In this document: positions 50,299 to 64,000 of the stretch, piece after piece
Layout: the number at the start of each line of letters is the position of its first letter
How positions within the stretch are numbered: the stretch's first letter is position 1
Assembly: GCF_009914755.1 (NCBI RefSeq)
Contig: NC_060932.1
From: the human T2T-CHM13v2.0 reference genome, Homo sapiens
Strand: one strand, 5' to 3'
DNA: 64,000 bases
Position numbers and translations under genes: made by a program
The notes under the pieces: generated by a model
Databases searched by the model: none
What the model saw: the letters and a program-made list of their open reading frames with translations, nothing else
What the model was told of the DNA's origin: nothing

Positions 50299-50837
50299 TA
50301 GTTTATTCATATTTTAATAATCAGAAGTTACCATTTTTTGTAATTAAATCTGGCAATCTCCTTCATAGTTTTTTTCATTGTTTTTAAGCTTCTGTGTTCA
50401 TATTCATAATCTTTCAATTCTATATATGCTCTTTAATCCATCTGGAAGCGATTTTGGTGTGTGGGATGTAAAGTATTTATTGAAAAAACATATAATTTTA
50501 GTAAAACCAATGGTGGAAGGCTAAAAGCTCCTTGCAAACAGGAAACATGTTTTATTCACTCTTGGGTTTCCCTGACTTTCCCAGGCAGAAGAATCACTAA
50601 AGGCAGCTTTTGTTTCCTCAGGCTCCAGCAGCCTAAGCTACATTCAGGAAACATGGGCCTCCACTCCCTCCATCTGCTCTTTCTCCTGGAAGACACTAAG
50701 CACCTGTCCCCTTGCTGGTGTCATGACATCTCCCAGGGGTTGCTGGTCTCTTGTCCCTTGTGGACATCTTCAACCATGAGCTTCTGTAGAAGCAAGGAAA
50801 CGGCTACCTTCCCGGGGGCTGCCCAGCCTTGAGCCAG

Positions 50838-50856
50838 CAGCGCCCCCTGGCGCCTT
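50838..50856 (-). promoter_or_regulatory. Candidate CTCF binding site
   Basis: AAGGCGCCAGGGGGCGCTG closely matches the CTCF core CCASYAGRKGGCRS, in unique sequence with retained CpGs. Confidence 0.6.
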
Positions 50857-51455
50857 TTTCGTTTTAATTGTTCACACAATGCTCCACTCTCTCCGCTGGT
50901 CATTTTTCCTGGAAGGCGCCTCAAAAGATCTCCTTCATCCGCTGGGGTAGCTTAGGCTGACATTCTCTTGCGCTGACATTGCTCTTAGGGTTAATTTCTT
51001 CTTCATTTGAACAGTTCCTCCTCAGTTAAGGAGAAGCCATTATTTCTTGGTTGCCTTTTTCTTTTTTTGATATGGAGAGGCAGAGGGGTTGTGGGTGGAG
51101 GCCGACTATTAGCCTCATCTTAGTGATCTCTTCCAGGAACTTTGTTTTTTTTTTTTTTTTTTTTTGAGACAGGGTCTTGCTCTATCGCCCAGGCTGGAGT
51201 ACAGTGGCCTGATCTCGGCTCATGGCAACCTCGACCTCCCGGGATCAAGCGATTCTCCTACTTTAACCTCCCAAGTAGCTGGGATTACAGGCATGTGTCA
51301 CCACGCCCAGCTAATTTGTGTCTTTTTGGTAAAGACAGGATTTCACCATGTTGCTCAGGCTGGTCTTGAACTCCTGACCTCAATTGATCTGCCCTCCTCG
51401 GCCTGCTGGGATTACAGGCGTGAGCCACCGCGCCCGGCCCAGGAAATCTTTGAAG

Positions 51456-51577
51456 CTTTGTACAAATAAAATCCCAATGAGGATTTCCTGCTGTTTGAGC
51501 TAGAACTACAGGTCTTTGTACAAATAAAATCCCAATGAGGATTTCCTGCTGTTAAGAGTTAGAACTACAGGTCTTTG
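51456..51577 (+). repeat. 58-bp tandem duplication
   Basis: ctttgtacaaataaaatcccaatgaggatttcctgctgtt...agaactacaggt occurs twice. Confidence 0.9.
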
Positions 51578-51710
51578 CTGGGTGCGGTGGCTCACGCCTG
51601 TAATCCTCGCAGTTTGGGAGGCTGAGGCTGGCAGATCATCTGAGGTCAGGAGTTCGAGACCAGCCTGCCCAACATGGAGAAATGCTGTCTCAACTAAAAT
51701 ACAAAAATTA

Positions 51711-51902
<192 letters not shown>

Positions 51903-54537
51903 TCACTAAGGAGGAATCTATAAAATAGGTTGGGGGAGAGTTCAAATAAATGAAACCTAGAAGTAGTCCTCAAATCTAATTAAAGCCAACACTGGAGATC
52001 AGTCCTGTTACAAAACAGAAAAACAAATTGTTGAATGTATCTGCATCATTTTCTCTCCTACCACCCTGGCAGAGGTACTGAGTACCAGAATGGCCAAAAC
52101 ATAGTGGCAAGAGAGCCAGCAGGGAAAATCCTGAACAATCCACTAATTGCATACTCAAGCCTACATTCAATTGACTCTATATTCAGAAACAGAATTGTCC
52201 TAGCCATGGATTTATCCTAGCTCAAGTTAAAAGAGCAGGAAATTATGAGATAATTATGGAAAGATATACTCCAGGAGACAATTAATAATAGACCATCTAC
52301 CGTAGTAGACTAGCATTACCCTTGTCACAACATTCAATTGAATATGAGAGAAAGCAGCTTATTTTTCTTTCTTTTTTAAACAATTTATTCTTCAGGTTGT
52401 TTTGTGGCAGAATTAACATTTCTTAAGGCCTTAAAGATTCTTCAATGTTGGACAAATGTTTGCTCAGACTAACTGTACAATATGTTCTAATATGGTTCAC
52501 CATTTCTGAAAGTGGGAAAATCTACTTCCAGTTTTTAAGTCAGGGAAATTCTGTAACTTGACTCCTATGTGAGGGGATGTGCTTCTGGCATTGGTTGCTA
52601 TTATTCTGTCAAGTTTTTTTCTCCCTTCTGTTTAAATTTCTGCTGGCTGCACTCTATTATTCCATAGACCTTTAGGTTTTCCCTCTTTGTAATTTGATGC
52701 CCTATTCAGCAGTATTCAGGAAGCTGTCTTGCTTTAGTTTAGTCCTTCTCAACTGCTTCTGCTTTCCTTAGCTGAATGTGTGGCTTGTTTCGTCTTTTCA
52801 GTTTTCCCCTTTCACGGGGGCTTGTATTATTTCAATATTCTTTATAAGGAAAGTATAAATTTCACGTGAGTTGATTCACATATATCAATGTATTAAAAAA
52901 ATTTAAGGTTTTTGATATTGTTTGCTTTTAAAAACATGCCCATACATACATTTTCTTTTCATTTTTTAAATTTAGTTTTAATTTTCATCAGTTGTACGTG
53001 AATGTCAGTTAACAAGTCAAATAGCTACACTCGAATTATTGCATAGAAAAGCTGGCCTCTAGGGTGCCACATCAATTCTTAGAGTCTCCCAACCATGCTC
53101 AACTCCTTTTTGCTGTTGGTTTTGATATTTAACTGCATACCTCTAAATATAGCATGCTTATATGACTACATTATTATTATTATTACTATTATTATAGTTG
53201 TCAGCATTATCTATTGACGTCCCTTTTTGGAAAATGAGGATTTACTTTTTTTCCACTCCTATCCCCAGTACATCTGGTCACAATTCCCCTCCATCTTTCC
53301 ATCATAGTTAAGTTATAACTTTGGTTAGATCAATATGTGATGTTACAGTATTACATTTACGTAAAGCCATTTGGGATTGTTCCATTCCTTATGCAATGTT
53401 TGCTTTCCTTTTGTTGCCCAACTTTTTGTTTCTCCTAAAGTTAATAAACTTTTTATTTAATTTGCTTTGTTTTCTCTATACTCATCATTAAGTTAACCCC
53501 CAACTTGCCTTAAATTCTGGAAATGTTCTTTCAGTCCACTCAAACACAGGGATTCATTAGTTTTATCTTGAGTTTTTGGACCTGCTCTAATCTGTACTGG
53601 TGCACAACTGACAGCTCATGGTCTTTATTTGCCATAATCTTTGGGGATTCCCTTTGTTTCTTTATTGAGTCCTATTTATTCCCTGGTTCCCAAGTTTTCT
53701 TCTTTCTTGGATTATGTTCTTGCTTTGGTGGAATGAACCCCCTCAAGTAACTTCCTGGAAAAGGGTACACAGATATAAATTTTTGAGATCTGACATGTCT
53801 GAAAAGGTCTTTAGTCAACTTGCACATACAATCAATAGTTTGGGTATAGAATTCTAAGTTGAAAGTGATTTTTGCTTAGAATTTTGGAGGCAATGTTCTC
53901 CACTGTCTTTTAATGTTTTTATCTTTTGTATGTGACTTGTTTTTGCTTTTAAATTCTGGAAACTTTTAGGACTTTGCTATTGTCTCCACTATTTCAAAAT
54001 TTCATGATTATATACTTTCTCATAGTCTGTTTTCATTCATTGGGCAATCGGTACATCCTTTCAAATGGAAGACATTTGTTTCTTAAATGGTTCTTTAATA
54101 ATTTTCTTCTGTTTTTCATGTTTTCTCTTCCTGGAACTTCTATTAGTTAGATGTTGGACTTCTCAGATTGATCCTCCAATTGTCTTGTTTTTGCTATTTT
54201 CAATTTCTTTTACTTTTCCTCTACTTTCTGAGATATTTCCTTACCTTTATGTATCAATTTTTCTAACGAATTATTTATTTATATTATAGTGTTAACTTCC
54301 AAGAGCTCTTTACTATTTTCTAGCTTTAAAAAAATCCTGTGTTTGTTTCACGTAGCCAACACTCCTTTCACATGTCTCCAAAGATGGTTAAGATTTTAAA
54401 AATCTTCTTCTTTCATAGTAAAGCCTTTACTCAGAAATAAATTAGGCTCACTGGTTCTATTTAAGAGTAAGGCGGGCCGGGCGTGGTGGCTCATGCCTGT
54501 AATCCCAGCACTTTGGGAGGCCGAGGCGGGCAGATCA

Positions 54538-54819
<282 letters not shown>

Positions 54820-55105
54820 TTAAGAATGAAAGCTTCACTGTCACTTATTCTACTGTTTTACTGGGGAACGTCCATCATCAGTATCTTTAGGTCTATTTTC
54901 TTGAACTATTCATGTTTTCCTGCCTAGAGGGTGTTAGCTTGGTTGCCTGATCCTGTGAATTTAAACTTAAATAAGTATCTATAAAAATCTTGAGTTAAAT
55001 TTAGTATTGTATGATCTCTTCAGTACTAGACTATAATATCAAATCTTGGGTCTATGTATGTTTTTGCTTTTCCCCAGTGTTCCAGGCATGATGCTAAGGA
55101 TATAG

Positions 55106-55321
<216 letters not shown>

Positions 55322-55522
55322 TAATTTTTGTATTTTTAGTAGAGGCAGGGTTTCACCATGTTGGTCAGGCAGTCCTGAATTCCTGACCTTGTGATCTGCC
55401 CGCCTCGGCCTCCCAAAGTGCTGGGATTACAGGTGTGACCCACCGCACCCGGCCATGATCGGATTTATGTGAAGGAAAGGAATAAGTATACACTTAACTA
55501 TTTCCTTTTCAGCATGGGGCAC

Positions 55523-55944
55523 TGATATAGTTTGGGTATTTGTCCCCACACAAATCTTATGTCAAAATGTAATCACCAATGTTGGAAGTGAGGCCTGGTA
55601 GGAGGTGTTTGGATCATGGGGGCAGATCCCTCATGAATGGTTTGGACCATCGTCTTGGTAATAAGTGAGCTGTTGCTCTGAGTTCACACAAGAGCTGTTC
55701 ATTTAAAAGTGTGTGGCACCTCCCTCACACTCTCTCACTTGCTTCTGCTTTCATCACGTGAAGGGGCTGCTCCCTCTTCACCTTCTGCCATGATTGTAAG
55801 CTTCCGGAGGCCTCCCTAGAAGCTGAACACATGCCAGCACCGTGCTTCCTGTAAAGCCTGCAGAGCCATGAGCCAGTCAAACCTCTTTTCTTATAAATTA
55901 CCCAGTCGCAGGCATTTATAGCAATGCAAGAATGGCTTAATACA
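55523..55944 (+). mobile_element. MST-type MaLR solo LTR
   Basis: TG...CA ends and a 5-bp TSD ggcac (55518-55522, 55945-55949). Confidence 0.87.
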
Positions 55945-56516
55945 GGCACCACATTATACTTCTCATGTAACTTCTTTTTCTCAATTACAGTATTCTAATA
56001 TTTGTACCAAGTAATGCCTTAGACACTAATTTTCTTTTTTTTAATGGATTAGATACAATAAGTTGTTTAAACATTTAAAGTAATGAAAGTGAAAGTAGGG
56101 TATTTCTTGCCACCATGACTATCCCAGGTGGCGGAGTGTAAGGATTAAGGACATAGGTTCTGCCCTGTCATTTGGGTACATGACCCTCCGCCAAGTTACT
56201 TACTCTTTCTGGGTATCAATCTCCTGATCTTTAAATAAATAATCATAGTAAATAGGTTAGTTGTGAGATTTTAGTCTATGTAAAACACTTTACAGTTTTT
56301 GGATTATAATACTCTCAATAAATTTTAGCTATGACAATAATAAAAAGTGATGATTTTTCTGAGCCGTGAGGACATTACAAGAGTGATGAGTGTTATGAAG
56401 GAGAAGTGTAGTGTGACGGGAACATTTACCAGAGGGGCATAACTTAAACGGGTGCATTTTAGTCTTTTTCCTTCATGGCCTTGTCAGCTGCTCCCTACCT
56501 TTTTTTTTTTTTTTAG

Positions 56517-56810
<294 letters not shown>

Positions 56811-57605
56811 TGACTTTAGAAAGTGGCTGGAGAAAAGTGAATTCCTGGCACAGTTAAAAGGATGTTTACCATGATTCAGTTAGCTTGAGAAAACTGGATG
56901 AAAAGGAAGGCAAGTAGTGTGATACACGAGAGCAAGGAACAGTTAGGGAAGTGGATTAAAGGCGCTTTAAGGCAGGCTTGTGCAGATTGAGGTTTAACTT
57001 TATGTTTCAATATTTGTTACTATTACATTCTATTCTTTTTGAGTAAGCAATACATTGACATAAAATCAAATATAAATGGTATGCAGTGAAAACTCCCATT
57101 CCTATCCTTGCTCTGTCTGTCTCTTTTCCTTACCACAGATAACGACTTTTTTTTTTCCTTTCTGGAGTTATTATGTAAAAGTATAAAAAACATGAATATC
57201 TATTTTTATTCCCCCTCTTTCCTTCACAAAAGGAAGCATATTGTAACATACTCAGTTGCATTCATTACCATCTTACATCTTGCTTTTAATTTAAAAACAT
57301 ATTATGCAGCTTTATCAGTAACAGTAAAATGCTTCTTTTTTTATTTCTTCTCATGTACATAGTGTTTTATGATATGGATGTATCATCAGCTAACCAGTTC
57401 TTATTGATGGAGACTTGACCTGCTCTCATTTTGCTCTTACCAAAATGCTGCAATGAATAAACTTGTTCATATGTCTATATAAATAAATCTCCAGAAGTAT
57501 GATTATTGGATCACAGGGTAAATAATTTTGTAATTTTTTTATTCATTCAAATATTTATTGAACAGCTAAGGAGATACAAAGGTGATTTAAAACATGGTCA
57601 GAGGT

Positions 57606-57909
57606 GGCCGGGCGCGGTGGCTCACGCCTGTAATCCCAGCACTTTGGGAGACCGAGGCAGGTGGATCACGAGGTCAGAAAATCGAGACCATCCTGGCTAA
57701 CATGGTGAAATCCCGTCTCTACTAAAAATACAAAAAATTAGCCGGGCATGCATGCGGGCGCCTGTAGTCCCAGCTACTCGGGAGACTGAAGCAGGAGAAT
57801 GGCAGGGTGAACCCAGGAGGCAGAGCTTTCAGTGAGCCGAGATCGTGCCACTGCACTCCAGCCTGGGAGACAGTGAGACTCTGTCTCAAAAAAAAAAAAA
57901 AAAAAAAAA
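57606..57909 (+). mobile_element. AluY-like insertion in the NPM1 pseudogene 3'UTR
   Basis: 17-bp TSD aaaacatggtcagaggt at 57589-57605 and 57906-57922. Confidence 0.9.
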
Positions 57910-58758
57910 CATGGTCAGAGGTGATGCAAATGCACAAGTAATAGAAAGCAAAGGGCAAGGTTCACCGAATCACAGCAGTCAGAAGAAAGTGCTTTAGGGA
58001 ACCAAGAGTGAGATTGTTTCCAGCCTGAAGAGGCATGGGTGGCAAATCAGAAAAGGGGATTGGGATTAAAATAGAAGACTTCAGTCTGGATTGTTGATGA
58101 CACTCAGTATGGACTATATTGGTCTCTCCTTTTCCTTTCTCCCCATCTTTGGGCTTAATTTACCAGTAGTGCCCAGGACTGTTCAATGCACTTTTTCTAT
58201 ACTTGCTTGCATTTTTGCTCTGATGTCTTCTACAGAACTAGGTCCTTTTGGTGTTTTAGGAGTTTTTCCTGTTTTTTGAAGGAGTCTTGTCCTTTTGATC
58301 TTGGTGTTAATGATGGTTTTGAGTCTTTTCCATTCTGATTTAATTTTTGTCCTTTTTTGGCTAGAGTGTCTTGTATAGATTGCTTCACTGGTGCTTTCTC
58401 TTCAGTTCCCTCATCATCAAAATCATCATCATCTTCATCATCATCATTATCATCATCATCATCATCATCTTCATCAGCAGCAAGTTTTACTTTTTTCTGT
58501 GGAACCTTGCTACCACCTCCAGTAGCAGACCGCTTTCCAGATATACTTAAGAGTTTCACATCCTCCTCCTCTTCATCTTCTGACTCTGCATCTTCTACCA
58601 CAGCTACTAAGTGCTGTCCACTAATATGCACTGGCCCTGAACCACACTTCAACTGTAAGACCACTGGTTATGTTATTTCAAATCCCCCAAGGGAAACCGT
58701 TGGCTGTACAGACATTTTCAAAGTTGCCAGTGTTACTTTAATTGGGCTGCCTTCGTAA

Positions 58759-59114
<356 letters not shown>

Positions 59115-60314
59115 TTAAACTGACCATTCTTAAAGATAACTGGTGCTCATTTTCATCATTATCCACCTTAAAGTGATAATCTTTGTTAGCCTTCAGTTCA
59201 CAACCGAAAAGATAGTTCTAGGGCCTCAGGAGGCTCATGTCCATGTCCATCAAATCTTCCATCGGGTGGCAGCACGCACTTAGGTGGCAGAGAAGGGGGA
59301 CAGAGATAAATGACCACTGCTCAAGAGAACAGCTGCACAGGATGGAATCACACCAGCAATTTTGTAATTTTAATAGATGTTCCCAGATTATTTTCCCTAA
59401 AGTCTGTACTTCCACCAGCAATATCCAAGAGTGCCTAGGCATTTCCCCATGGTCCCCATGCCTCACCAATTATATTTGTCAAATTTTTGTATTTTGGCCA
59501 TAATGGAAAATGGTATTGAAAGGTAGTTTTAATTAGCAATTTTCATATATTTAAGAATCACTCATATTTCTATGTCTGTGAACTGATCATTCATCTGTTG
59601 GTCTTTTCCTTGTCAAATTCCAGAAACTCTTTTTACACTAGAGGGATTCACCCTTTGCTGTAATATGAGGTACAAATCCTCTCCTCCAGTTTGTTATTTC
59701 TCGTTAATCTTTATTTATATTGTTAATTTTCTTTCTATGAAGACATGTTCCCTGTTTTTGTAGTTGAAAACATCAATTGTTTTATTTATGGCTTTAGGAA
59801 GACTTTTCTACTATGATGTTATAAAAGAATTTACTGTTCTGGTACTTCTTATGACTTCATTTTTGACACTTAAGTCTTTGATGCATTGGGGAATCTATCC
59901 TGATTGACACGGTTTGAATCTATGTCCCCACTCAAATCTCACATTCAATTGTAATTCCCAGAGTTGGAGGCAGGGCCTGGTTGGAGGTGATTGAATCATA
60001 GGGGTGGATCCTCTGTGAATGATTTAGCACCATCCTCTCGGTGCTGTTCTCATGACAGGAAATGAGTGACCTATCATGAGAACTGGTTGTTTAAAAGTAT
60101 GTAGCACCACCTGCCCCCCCCAGTCTCTCTCTTGCTCTTGCTCTACCCATTTAAGACATCCCTGCTTCCCCTTCGCCTCTACCATGATTGTGTGTTTCCT
60201 GAGGCCTCTCCAGAAGCTGAGTAGTTGCCAGCATCATGCTTCCTGTACAGCCTGAGGAACTGTGAGCCAATTAAACCTTTTCTTTTTAAACCACCCAGTC
60301 TCAGGTATTTCTTT

Positions 60315-63207
<2,893 letters not shown>

Positions 63208-63248
63208 CTATTCTGTGTATTTTAATTTTAATTTTAATTTTAATTTAA

Positions 63249-63476
<228 letters not shown>

Positions 63477-64000
63477 TAATCTGCCCACCTCGGCCTCCCA
63501 GAGTGCTGAGATAACAGAGGTGAATCACCATGGCTGACCTATTCTCTTGAAATGGTCTGTCTATTCATATATCATGCCACAATATTTTTATTATCTAGGT
63601 TTTATAGAACATATTAATATCTGATAGAGCTAGTGCTCCCTCATTGCCTGTCTCTTTCTGAACTTTCTTGATCTTTTTAAACAAATAAATTCTTTAACAT
63701 AAATTTTATGGCCAGGAGCGGTGGCTCACACCAGTAATCCCAGCACTTTGGGAGGCCGAGGCGGGTGATCAGTTGAGGTCAGGAGTTTGAGACCAGCCTG
63801 GCCAACGTGGTGAAACACCGTCTCTACTAAAAATACAAAAATTAGCTGGGTGTGATAGTGTGGACCTGAAATCCCAGCTACTCAGGAGGCTGACGCAGGA
63901 GGCAGAGGTTGCGTGAGCCGAGATCGCACTGCTGCACTCCAGCCTGGGCGACAGAGTGAGACCCCGTCTCAAAAAAAAAAATTTACAGTCAGCTTGTCTC

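Overview
Hominid (great ape or human) genomic DNA that matches what I recall of the human 8q12.1 interval around RPS20. It is very repeat-rich: about 70 Alus by manual count, old L1M/L2/MIR, MST/MLT LTRs and DNA transposons. One intact gene is present: RPS20 on the minus strand (4 coding exons, 119 aa) with a TATA box, 5'TOP start, CpG island and intronic SNORD54. Its alternative 142-aa C-terminal exon is exonized from an antisense MER2 transposon. Retrocopies: a PSMC6 processed copy with a fully open 389-aa ORF but a mutated arginine finger (R291C), an NPM1 pseudogene copied from the minor B23.2 isoform, and a 35-nt tailless U2 snRNA copy. Structural oddities: a ~265-bp foldback inverted duplication inside an Alu (9393-10150) with G-U-biased mismatches, and a triple-nested MST LTR > SVA > AluY insertion. 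I found no convincing wholly new biological system. Nearly all short ORFs in the track are Alu, SVA or simple-repeat artefacts. Repeat subfamily names and comparisons to human sequences are from memory, not from a database search.
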